From positions 186,001 through 212,696 of the forward strand of contig QPGO01000056.1 of NCBI GenBank assembly GCA_008632985.1: a stretch of DNA of 26,696 nt, in the 5' to 3' direction. The notes beneath the pieces were generated by a model. That model was not told the DNA's origin, did not search any database, and saw only the letters and a list, made by a program, of their open reading frames with translations. The stretch is from Psammoneis japonica (lineage: Eukaryota). The position numbers and the translations under genes are program-made. Position 1 is the first letter of the stretch; each line of letters begins with the position of its first letter. Positions 1 through 10,716 of this stretch are shown here, in pieces.

Positions 1-320
1 AGTTTGGAAAACATTTGTGCGTTTGATTTGTTTGGTTCACATGCATTTGCAGTGAGCGCGACCAATCTCGCGCTCATCCTCATTGCTGGACACACTGGAG
101 CCGCTTCTTTTGCGTCATTTGTGTGCACGATGCCTCAGCTTGGAACTCAACAATGACACCTGGATTTTCTTTTACACAACAAGTTTGGACAAAATTTGCA
201 TGTTTGATTTGTTTGGTTCACATGCATCCACAGTGAGCACAATCAATCTCGCGCTCATCCTTGTTGTGCGGCGTGCAGGGACCGCTTTTTTGCATCGTTT
301 GCATGCAATGGCTCTGGCTG
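1..320. repeat. Diverged tandem duplication, unit ~181 bp
   Basis: 1-~135 (agtttgga...gtttgatttgtttggttcacatgcat...agtgagc...caatctcgcgctcatcct) recurs at 182-~315 with many transitions. Confidence 0.8.
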
Positions 321-504
321 CTTGGCATGCATTTGCATTTCAATCTAATTCAGGTGCCATGTTACACAAGCACGGAACTGTTTGGCTCTGCCAGATGGCA
401 GCTCATTGCATTTTGTCCAGAGCTCTGCTGTGGCCATTTGCTTTTTTTAAGTTGCCATGTGCCCTGCTTCGCATGGTGATTTTTTGGTGTCATTGACAGA
501 ATGA

Positions 505-597
505 CAAAAAAGAGGGGAGGAGAGAGAGAGGAGAGAGAGAGGAGAAGAGAGGAGAAAAGAGAGGAAAGAGAGGAAAAGGGAGAAGAAGGCAGAAAGA
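505..597 (+). repeat. Polypurine (GA-rich) low-complexity tract
   Basis: About 90 nt made almost entirely of A and G (gagagagaggagagagagaggagaagagag...). Confidence 0.9.
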
Positions 598-1410
598 GTT
601 CAATGCTGCAAGTCCAAGTGCGTGTTGTCATGCTTTGTTTTGATGCAAAAAAGCATGTTCTTTAGTGTGCCTCCGATGAATGTGAAAAGACATAAAGTTT
701 GTAGAAACAAAGCACAAGAAAAAGTTTTCCATGTTCAAGTGAGGGTGCACCCACGACACCCAGACAACGCAGTGCAGAAAACCATCCATCACAAAAAACC
801 ACGTGCTGCAGAAGCAGCCGATGCTCGATCATTGCCGTCAAACCTTCTCTTGCAAACAACACATTAATGCAGGTCAATTCCACAATTTGCTCTGTTGTTG
901 TGTGTCCAAGAAAACAGAGGTGAGAAAGTCCCAAAATGGGTGAAAACTCCTTCTGTGTTTTTGCTGCTGTTGGCATTGCTTGATTCTCACAACTTTCACA
1001 CTTCAATTTTGTTTTTCTCGACAGATCGAAGAGCACAGACCATCCTTGTTTTGAGAATGTGTTTGATTCAACTCCTTCCCATGGAGTGAAAGAAAACACC
1101 TTGATGAGCATCGTTGCTTTATTTTGCCGCCGCCACCACGTGCTGCATGAGGCAAGAACATGCCCTGAGCATTTCTTTCATGCGATTCCACGCAGTGAGT
1201 GGTGCTCCCTTGTTCAGGGACCAAAAGGGCATGGGAGTCAGCTGTGTTGGAGAAGATGGCATTGGAGCAGGTGGTTTTGGAGCAGTGGCTGCGTGCAGGG
1301 GCTGCGATGTTGCCGTCCATGGTTGGCAAGGAGTTGGGCCACTGTGACGCCATCGATGGATGTTGGGAATGCAGTCAACTCTGCTGAAGAGCACACGACA
1401 AATCGCAGCT

Positions 1411-1773
1411 GTGAGTGGGGACTGCAATGCGACAACGCCGTCAATGGACCTCAGGAAAAAGCAGGGGTTGCGGGAACGCCAAGGGGCTGTGGTTGAGCCA
1501 TCGGGCTGTGGTGTCACCATTGGGACACCGGTCAAAAGTCGAAACAGCAGCGGCAGCAAGAGATGGAAATGGACGTGCCTGTTGTGAGGGCACATGTCGT
1601 AGCTTCGAGTGGGGACTGCAATGCAATGAAGCCATCAATGGACCTTGGGAAAGGGTGGGGGCTGCGGAAATGCTGAGGGGCTGCAGTGATGTCACCATTG
1701 GGATGCCGGTCGAAAGTCGAAATGGCAGCGGCAGCGAGAGATGGAAATGGATCTGCCTGTCATGAGGGCACAT
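1411..1773. repeat. Diverged tandem duplication, unit ~180-195 bp
   Basis: gagtggggactgcaatgc...tcaatggacct...gtcaccattggga...aaagtcgaaa...agatggaaatgga...tgagggcacat occurs at ~1413-1595 and ~1607-1773. Confidence 0.85.
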
Positions 1774-1859
1774 TTGCTTTTTGTTTTGACAGAAGGCAAG
1801 TTTTGATTGCTCTTGCTGGTGATTGCCAGTCTAGCTGCATGGCACAATGATTTCCCAAC

Positions 1860-4100
1860 TGTGGATGCATCTGGTGCTCACATGAATGTCTGCCTCCATG
1901 TCCTTTGCAGTCTTGACATTGGCAGGCACGGCAAGTCCTCCTGCCCCTTTTCTCTTTGTCAGGGCCATGCCTTCCAGGACAATGATTTTGCAAGTTTGGT
2001 GGAAGCTCATTTTCATTGAAGGCAGCAGAATTTGATCCACCAATCCTTTCAAGGCCAACAAAAAAACTGCGCTCTTGATCTGTGGGTCGCATCACCTGTG
2101 GTGGTGGGAGTTGCATTGGTTGCGGCATCATGGCTGGAGGGAGGGTCAGCAAATTTTCATGCTCTGACATTTCAGCATCATTGACCAACAACACGTCATC
2201 ATTGCTTCCTTCCAGCAGATCTGCTGGAACATTCTCCCTGTTCAATTTGTCTGGAAGTTCGATCTCAGAAGTCATCCTGTCTGCCGCATCCTGCACCCTC
2301 CTGTTTCTCTCCCATTGTTTGTGGCACTTTTTGAGTTGGTGCTCATGCTTTGGAAATGTCGTCACGCCGTTCACATGTTGAGCCCATTTCAGAGACATGT
2401 CTTTCTCGTCAAGGTGCCCATTCTCTTGCAGAACAAGTCTTGTGAACAATCTGCACTCATCCGCACCATCTGCTGGTCAGAATGGGATTGGCACTCCCTG
2501 CTGCTCGCACAAAAATTTCAAGTTGCTGGAGAAGTTGTTCTTGACTTCTTCAGGAATCTCGGCCGCTCGTGCCCGCAACATGGTGTCAAGCTCTTTGGAA
2601 TGAACAGCAACTGCAACAAAGCTTTCATTGGTGTCCAACATGTCACTGGCCACCACATGTGATGGGTGCAAGAGAATTCCATGATTCTTCTCAACCAAGG
2701 CGACCACCTTGTCAGTTTGCCATGTGTTGCAATGCCCCATTTGTGGGCAACCAGGGATTTTCTTCTCTGCCATTTGGATGTTGTGTTGGTGTCACCTTTC
2801 AGACAACAGACAGTCACTGGACACTTTGTTCACATCAAGTGTGGTTCTGACACCTGCTCGAGTTGCCAAGTCGCCTGCTTGGCATCCTGGACTTGCCTTT
2901 CTCCGGTTGTTTCGGGCATGCGGTGGCACAACATCAACCTCAAGTCCCGGTTTGGCATTGCTTGGATCAATGGGCTGAGACAGGTCTGGCAACTCAAAGT
3001 TTTTTGCACACCTCGAGGGGTTTCATGACATCATCACCAGCACATTTTATCTGTCATTGCAACAGCTCGTTCTTAGACCACTTGGAGCAACGGATGTCAT
3101 TTGACTTGTCAAGCTTCATGCCAAGAACAACATCAATGACATGCTCAAGACTGTGATTTGCACGTTGCACCACATCTCTTTCTCAAGCCATCAATCCAAG
3201 CGACACGCATTTTACAGACTGAGAGAGTCCGGGAAGGTCAAAGTCTTTTGCAAGAATGTCAAGATTGTTCTCAACATTGACACCAATGAACAAAGCCTTC
3301 TTGCTCTTCAGGAACGACAACAGCTGGTGTGGAAACAGACCTTGCTTTGGCAACTGGAACAGCAATGCAGAAACCTTTTTGTCGAGTCTGCAGCCTGTCT
3401 GCAACAGAGCAACTCTGCCAGTCTTGTGCATTCCACTGATTTGGTTCATCGCGGTGTCCCACTTGCAGTCAAAAGCATGCGGGACAGCTTCACCTTCCAG
3501 CAACCCTGACGACTCCATCTGTTCCCTCAAAGCATCAATCTTTTCATTTGTGTGCTGTGCTGGCACCAGCACTTGCATTTGCTCAGTTTCATCTTCGTGT
3601 TGTAAATTGGGATCTCCAATGTCATTGTCAAGCTCCAGATCTCCAGCTGCAATGTTGCCAGTGGAATCATCACTGCCTGAATTTCCATTCATTGCTGCTG
3701 CCATTTGGTCCAGCCACTCCTGCATTCTTTTCAACGAGTCATGACAATCCACAAGGAATTGTTTGTCCCTTGGAGCATTGTCCGAGAAAGCCATTTTGGG
3801 GCCGGATTTTCCACGTTGCTTCTCGGTGTCATCCAACACCAACAATGCGGGTTGGAGCTGTTCAAGAGAATCAGTTCTGGCAAGCACTTGAACTTGCATC
3901 TGTCCAATCTCATTTGTCCCAGTTTGCAGAGTTTCACACACGCACTTCCCTTTGCATTGACCAAGCTTTTTTGGTGCCTTCACACTTGTGTCAATGCTCA
4001 GCTGTTTCACTGATGTCTTTTTTGTCTCTGGATCAAGACAGAGCCGCAAGTCTCTGTGCTGCCAAGTCCACATGTGGAGAGGCCCTCTGTCTGGTGCACA
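1860..4100 (-). pseudogene. Degenerate Dada-like DNA transposase with embedded WRN-like DEDDy 3'-5' exonuclease; 5'-truncated and internally deleted
   Basis: Minus-strand fragments in order: LSIDTS.KAPKKL...TNEIGQ...DSLEQL...FSDN (first two catalytic-D regions); AFDCKW, GRVALLQ, FIGVNV and IRCSKWS...QIKCAGDD (Exo I-III, the last normally YA..D); DCLLSER*H.HN...GHCNTW; WAQHVNG..FPK...KQWERN; C-terminal RTCRAC..C.G.GGR..C. In-frame TGA stops are consistent with CGA>TGA. The segment expected to carry DxxH/E appears deleted near 2850. Superfamily assignment is from recalled domain order, not a search. Confidence 0.65.
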
Positions 4101-4619
4101 ATCAAGAACGCAGAAGGCGCTGTTTTATTGTCCTTTGATGGGGTTCAGTTTCTGTGCTAACATGAACCTCGGAGAACGATACGGGCGAGCAAGCATGGAG
4201 CATTGGCCCCGCTATTCATTCGTAGCCTAATGCGTCAGTGAAGCAACCCGAGAAGAAGACTAGAGTACTTGAGGGGGGAGCAAAGCGAATAATTGAACCT
4301 GTTAGGAACTACAATACAAGAATAAACCCATTACCGTAGCTTGTTTTATGTACATTATGGATACCTAGGGCCCAGAGTCGGACCCAACGTAAAAATCGAG
4401 TGTTTGCTTCTTGGTTATAGGTACATCTCACCGAATTTAGTTTGTTTACTATGGCCGATCTTGTTGAGGATCTCATTTTCTCAGTTGTTTGTACAACTCG
4501 TGACATGAGAAAACCCATTTGGCTTATGTGTCCTGCGCTTGAATTATGGGCTAATTCGAGTGTGAGCGAAAAATGATGCAAAAAGAGTCGCAAATCCAAT
4601 ATTCGCTTGGAGTAATGAA

Positions 4620-5520
4620 TCATTGGAAAAGATCGGGAAGTCGACGCCGATACCACCATTTGGTCTGCAGACAACCGATGGCACCACCTCCTGGCCTTTC
4701 TCCCGAAAAGGCATGGACTACAGTGTAGGGATCAAACCCATATCGTCTGCTCCTCGCACCTTTACCATTGTCTTCTCTCATATATCTTGAAAACTTATTC
4801 AAAAAGGTTTCGCCTCCACCGCATACATTTGCAGTCTGGCCCCTGAACGGGCGGTTGTTGGCTGAGCACCTACCGCCCTCGAGATGCATGCGAGTAACCT
4901 GCAGTTTGACACACATGGTCTTCTCGTAAAAGATTGCGGATGCCTTGGCAACAATACTGGTAATCTTGCTTTTGCGCTTTCCACTTGTTGGTTCCTCCCC
5001 ACCTTTCGCAGAACAAACCATCATAAATGAAGCTCACCTTGATCGTCTTGAGGCACTGACAATTGCGGCCATTGTTGAGATTGTTACGGCATTGAAGCTC
5101 GCGCTCTTCCATGGGAAAGAGTTCTTCGGCAGCTCCTCGCAAGCTTCTTGTGGGACCTCCTGAGTCGTCTTCTGCGGGAGGAGGTAAGCCTTCGCCAAAA
5201 TGAATACCGAGGTCACGGAGAGCGTTTATTAGATCAATATCGTCCGGAGAAAACGTCACAAACGAGCCATCCTTTTGTCTCACGAGAGAGGTTGATCGTC
5301 CTGGTGCCAAAATGTCTATTTCGCTCATTATCCTATAATCGTCAACTGTGGCAGGGAGTGTTGTATCGTTGTATTCCCCAATGTAGACAGCGACTGGCAT
5401 CTCCTCTAATGATATCTTATTCCTTACCGTGTCTAGGTTTATAAGCTCATATGAATCGGGTGAATAGATTTCAGTATGAGGAACCAGTTTTACCAAGTTA
5501 TACTCCGTACCGTCAAGGGT
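4620..5520 (-). CDS. Hypothetical protein, probably spliced; 5' end unresolved
   Basis: Normal TA/CG content. The 208-aa ORF (5496-4870) has natural-looking composition. A GTGAG donor at 5037 and a CTGCAG acceptor at 4899 join it in phase 0 to ORF 4620-5024 (...CQCLKTIK|VTRMHLEGG...). No domain recognised. Confidence 0.35.
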
Positions 5521-6650
5521 CTGTTACGATTCCCTCCACCAAGACGGTTTGTTCTTCCACCTGAGAACCGGGTTTGAGAAGGTCAAGGCTCCCCAAAGCA
5601 AATACAAGACAGCACTAACCTTTCAAAACTACTGTATAAAGAAAATATTCAATGAAAGAAGTGTGAGTAAAGAGAGGAAATGAATAAATAAACATCAAAG
5701 TATGGGTCGGTGTCAGTCAAAATACCGGTGCGAGACCACCCGAGTGTGTGGCCGATGTTGCTCGCAACAGAAAAGGTGTGTTGGGTGAACAAACATCCAA
5801 GTGTGGGTCGTCACAAATCTCCTCATTTTGCGGCGATTCCTGTCAATGTGACAGTGCAATGTTTCTCGCCACAAAGAATCAAACACACAGCATGACCAAG
5901 ACATTGGAAACTTTTCGTGACTATGGTTAATCGATATCAACAGTGGTTATCATCAGAGGAAGTGAACTGAACGAATAAAGATCAAAGTATGGGTTTTGCC
6001 GCTCAGAAATGGCCGACAAAAGCAAAAAGACCCATCTTTCGATTTCTACACAACCATAACACCGTTTCTCGCCAACCCAAGGCCCTTACCTAACCATTTG
6101 ACCTCCTAAAAGTAATATCCGTGTCTTCAATGAACAAAAACGATGAAGAATAGCACAAACAAGGCCGAGTATGGGTCGCCGAGCGTCATCTCCAAAACCA
6201 CCCAAATCCACGTTCCGAAAAAACAGTCTCTCCGCTCTCCGCGCGCAAATCCCACGGATCGCGCGAAAGATGGCTCGTGGCGCGGCGCGGGTCGAGTCAT
6301 GCTTCCGCGCCGTGGGTTCAATCTCAATCGTGATGGGTCCGGGAAGAAGAACCTAACCTTTTTTGCCACAAGCGATAGATGTTGTGTCACAATCCCAGCA
6401 GCACGCTTGTTAAAAGCAGCAAGTTTGATCAGCAATAAAGAGACGAGGGGTCAAAAGAACAAAACAAGTGATGAGCGAAACTCAAGGGCAACAGGTGAGA
6501 GAGAGGGCGACGACAGAGTTTGGCGAAAGTTATATGTGTATGAACGCGATGAGCGATGAGAACACTATTATGCACTTATCGTGACTAATATTCTTTTGCT
6601 TTTATATGTAAATCAAGAGCATTCCGTTGCTGTCGACGGAGCTATCCGAG

Positions 6651-8488
6651 ATGAAGACCTCAACTGCTTCGGCAGAAGAAAAGCAACAAGTCGCTCAAGC
6701 GGAGGACACACCCGCATACGCAATTCTTCAAGCGTACGGGCTTCTCAACACATCGTTTCGCAAGGAACACTTTGATGACATTTTTGATAATCAAAAAGAC
6801 TTGACGGCCAACTCCAGCAGTTCCAAAAACATCCTGAAGAGACTGAAGTGGGGTGTGTACTTTACACCTGGCTGTGGATTCGTCCTTTATGTGAGTATTA
6901 TTTCGTGTCTGTGTGATACAAACTCAATACCTCTCTCCAGCTTTCCTCAAACACGTCTCGATGCATGTTCCGTTCGTCCATAGAATGTATTCAACACGGA
7001 GGTCACGGTTCCGCCTGGTCATGTGTGCTGTTTTATTGATAACGACAATGACTACCTCCTTGCTAGACCAGGGATTCATAACATTGGAGACCCCTTCCTA
7101 CAGCAAGTTGGATACCCCATCCCCGTTCTTCAGCAAGTCATTGAGCACGGCAACCGAACAATTGTTACGATTCCGCAAGGAAAGCTTGGCTATGCCGTTG
7201 ACATGGGCCAACCAGTGCTTTTACCACCAGGCTTGCACTCGTGGACGAGCGAGACACTTCGTTACGTCCGTACGTTTGAGCTTGACGAGCATGTCATTGA
7301 AGTCGGGCCGTACACGATACTGACTGTGGATGAAGGGTGAGGCGACACGCGTGTGTTGGTGCAACAGTTCAGTTTAGATTTTTTTCTTGATTGCTTACCC
7401 TTTTTCCCTCGGTGATTTCGAACAGGTACTCTGCAATTACCCAAAATAATGGCCTTCAGATCGTGCTGGATGGAGGGAAAACGCACTTGTTGACGCATCA
7501 AAAGTGGCGGTTCGAAAAGTTCATTACGGAAAAGATCCAGACAGACGATCTTGAGCGGATCCGGGCGGCATCGGCGGACAATGTCATCATGTCGGTCAAT
7601 TCCACCGTCGTGTGGAAGATCAAGGACGTGCGTGTCGCCGCTACAATGGCTGCTGAAACCATGGCGAATACCACCACTGGAGCCGTTTCCGCGGACATTA
7701 CCAAGCTTCGCCGTGATGTACTCAAGCAAGCGATTGCATCTCTGGCGGGGTTCATTGGATCCGTCAACTATTCGGATTCGTTTCATGTTGCAGCCGCAGC
7801 ACAAAGGAACATTGAAACAGCCGCCCAGGTAATTGCTGTGGAAGGATCTACGGAGGAAACGCAGCAGCAAGAGCCACCCACAGGGAGAATGGCCAACACG
7901 GACAATCCAATGTTTGACGCAGAAGGTATGAGTGATGCAGTCGCTCATGCTAATCAAATCACCAGCAAGTTTGGCGTCGAGATCCTTTGTATCAACATTA
8001 TTTCGGCGAATCCAGTCGACGACCACTTGACAGCATCGTTGGCTACTGGAGCGGTAGCTTCCGCTGAAGCTCTCCAAGCCGAAACCCAAGCCCGTGGTAC
8101 CGCCAAGGCTTTGAGAATCAATGCCGAAGCCGCCGCCATTACTCGAAAGATTGATGCCGACTCCAGGGCCATGGCAACGCTAATTGAGGCTCGCGCAGAG
8201 GGAGAAGCAGAAAAAGTACGAGCCGAGGGCAGCAAGGCCGCTGAAATCCTCCGTGCCGAGGGATCCAAACAGGCCGCAGACCTTATCGAGTCTTCCAAGG
8301 TTGCAGTATCTCTCGAAACTATGAAGCAATCCGCATTGGCGATCAAGAAAAGTGACAAGTTCTTCTTTGGACAAGAGCCGGGTTATTTGCCAAACGTTAT
8401 CATGCGTTCCGAAAATCGTGATGACGACTCTGGTGAATATCTAGTACCGCCGTCAGGTCAGACCGCGGCCCTCCATAGCCTGGCGTAA
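6651..8488 (+). CDS. SPFH/band-7 (stomatin/prohibitin-like) protein, 551 aa; exons 6651-6890, 6984-7336, 7426-8488
   Basis: Introns GTGAGT...TAG (6891-6983) and GTGAGG...CAG (7337-7425) join in frame (GFVLY|NVFNTEV; TVDEG|YSAITQNNG). SPFH-like core (SADNV.MSVNSTVVWKI.D...FGVEILCINIISANP) is followed by an AE-rich coiled coil (AEGEAEKVRAEGSKAAE). An additional upstream exon cannot be excluded. Confidence 0.88.
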
Positions 8489-8537
8489 CTCAGATCGGCC
8501 TTATTCTCCATCTATACTTAAAATGCATAAACTAGAC

Positions 8538-8606
8538 GATGACAACTCTGGAGAGTGTTGGGCAGTACCATCGGATCAGGTCGCGGCTCTCCATAGCATC
8601 GCGTAA
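8538..8606 (+). repeat. Codon-aligned duplicate of the last 23 codons of the SPFH gene
   Basis: 8420-8488 encodes DDDSGEYLVPPSGQTAALHSLA*; 8538-8606 encodes DDNSGECWAVPSDQVAALHSIA*. Same length, no indels. Confidence 0.85.
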
Positions 8607-8679
8607 CACGCGTTGATGTTGCCCTCCTTTGGTTCTTTATAGCAGCTCACACTTCAAATAAATAGTACAGTAACCGTAA

Positions 8680-10024
8680 TCAAGCGATTGGACGTTTCTC
8701 TTCTTCGGCTTTTTCTTGCTTTGCGATCCGTTCTTTGCGTCGTGCTTCAACTCCGCCGCCTTGTCCGATTGTGTGAGCAGGAAATTTCACGATTATTGCA
8801 GTCATGTTGTCTTGACTCCCAAGATCCAGCGACATGTCGAGCAACTGTAACAATCGGAGTGAGAAACAAGAGTGAGAAGCAAATGATGAATGGTGCAATG
8901 AAAGTCATTTCGTGACTCACCTCCTCGCATGCAAGCCCCAGGTTGGACTCGCCCTGATTGAACAAATCTGAGACAAAGGCTACGCCCTCCTCATTGGTAT
9001 GGACGTCCCAAATGCCATCACAAGCACATACCAAGAATAAATCCTTCTTCGCATCACGATTGTGAACGGATATTTCTGGAACGGCAGAAAGCTTTTGTGA
9101 CTCGGGGGATAAAGCCGGGGGCATCTTCGTGTCGCTTGCCTCAATGGCAGCCAGACCGATTTGAGACGGCTCTCGTTCCAGTACAATAGTTGGGTTTTTG
9201 AATCGGAAGTCTCCCAAAGCACGACTGACTGCCACGTCTCCGTCCACTCTGCCGTCTTCCACAAAGCCCCCAGCATTTACAATACGTTCCTCTTCTCTGG
9301 GACATGAAGGTTTGTGATCGCTACTCAACGGAATAGCTAGCAAATCCTCCGTGTTTTCGTCTTGTTGACACAGAACGGCCCGAGAATCACCCACAGAAGC
9401 ACATATGATTGATTCAGGTGTAAGTAGGATCAAAGAAACAGTGCATCCCGAATCTTCCTCTGGAAGTTGCGGCACGGATATTCGAAGGCCACACTCCGCA
9501 ACGGGTGGCGCAACGTCTTCGTTCTCAGGATTACCTTCTTCATCAAGAAAAGGCGTACCCTTTTGAACTTCAAGGTAAAGTTCTTTATCCAAATCTAAAA
9601 ACGTATCTCGTAGCGCAGCTTTGAGAAGAGGTAGCAACTGTTCCTCTAGAACAGTGGAGTCGATGGTCTGCGTTTCTCTCTGTCTTGCATACCGCACAAG
9701 AGTAGGCTGCCGACAAAGAATTTTCGACAAGTGTTGTGATGCATACTTTGCTGCAAATTTCCCACCATGACCGTCAAACACACAAAAAAGATAATGCCCA
9801 TAAAGTGTTTGTATTTCACCCCAGTTGTTTGGAGGCGGTGCACCTCGGACGCGGCTTTGAATCGTCAAAGATCCTTCTTGAGGAACAATGTGCGCATCCT
9901 CTTGTTCCGTTCTCCAACCCTGCATCGCAGATACTCCCCACTCAATATTCTCGTCATTATCAAATGTAAGAGTGCCCACATGCGTCTCCTTCTCTGTGAT
10001 TGGGTTCCTTAGCACGTTTCCCAT
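8680..10024 (-). CDS. Protein phosphatase 2C (PPM family), 422 aa; exons 10024-8921 and 8844-8680
   Basis: MGNVL.NP..EK start (MG, possible myristoylation), then QGWR..QEDAH, FDGHGG, VGDSRA, DHKP, VSRALGD and ACDGIWDV. A 76-nt GTGAGT...TACAG intron (8920-8845) restores LACEE|LLDMSLDLGSQDNMT. Confidence 0.95.
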
Positions 10025-10716
10025 TGCCTTCTTTTTCTCGCTGTAATCTTCGTGTTGATGTGTGATGTGCATGATGTTCCATGTTTCTCATTTCTCTCAA
10101 AGTAATAACTTCACGCCAGGGAGTTGCGTGAAATGTCAAAATTTTCGTTTTTCCCTGGGAGTTGCATGAAATGTCGAAATTTTCGTTTTTCCCTGTTTTT
10201 CGTGGTTTTTCGTGTTTTTTCGTGACGATAATTCATTTTACACATCCCCTAAAACGTTGCATTTTGGGCTATGCGAACACCAGACACCAGATAGAAGATG
10301 GGGTCGAACGGCGAACGCGGCGATGGTTCGTTGATGCGAAGCGAAAGTCAGTGCCGTCCACCGTCACCGTGCATGCCATCATCATCCACAAACCTGTGTC
10401 ACCAGTCAATCTAAGATGACAAGATGGTGAAGCTAATGCCAGCACGTTGATTTTCAAAAAGAGATTGGAACGATGGTGCGCAACAAGTCCAGATTTACAA
10501 TTAACTCTATTCCGACACAAAACCATTTTCTTATCGTGTCTTCGTGTGCTCCACCACAGATTCCCGGCAAAATGGTTTCAGAACAATGCAGATTCAGAAA
10601 ACAAGGGCACACAACAAGTGAGTGGGCAGGAACCCATGAGAAAGGTTGCCTTCATCTTGAAGAAGGCCCCACAACTCGCACACTACTGTATGTCCTGCAA
10701 AGTGCTCAAGTATGAC

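Noticed and set aside
4150..5500. Unmutated N-terminus of the Dada-like transposase
   Set aside because: It is not in frame with ORF 3183-4073 and shows no recognisable transposase N-terminal motifs.
8747..10072. Unspliced 441-aa PP2C ORF, and antisense ORFs over the SPFH gene
   Set aside because: The unspliced form lacks the DN motif, which the intron restores. The antisense ORFs are shadows of real coding sequence.
10117..10119. Zator assignment (TAG TSD mutated to CAG/CTG)
   Set aside because: All six flanks are CWG, none TGG, CCA or TAG, including one in unmutated DNA. CWG is more likely native.
10120..10200. CRISPR-like 38-bp direct repeats
   Set aside because: These are two abutting TIRs from nested insertion. 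There are no spacers or cas genes, and the context is eukaryotic.
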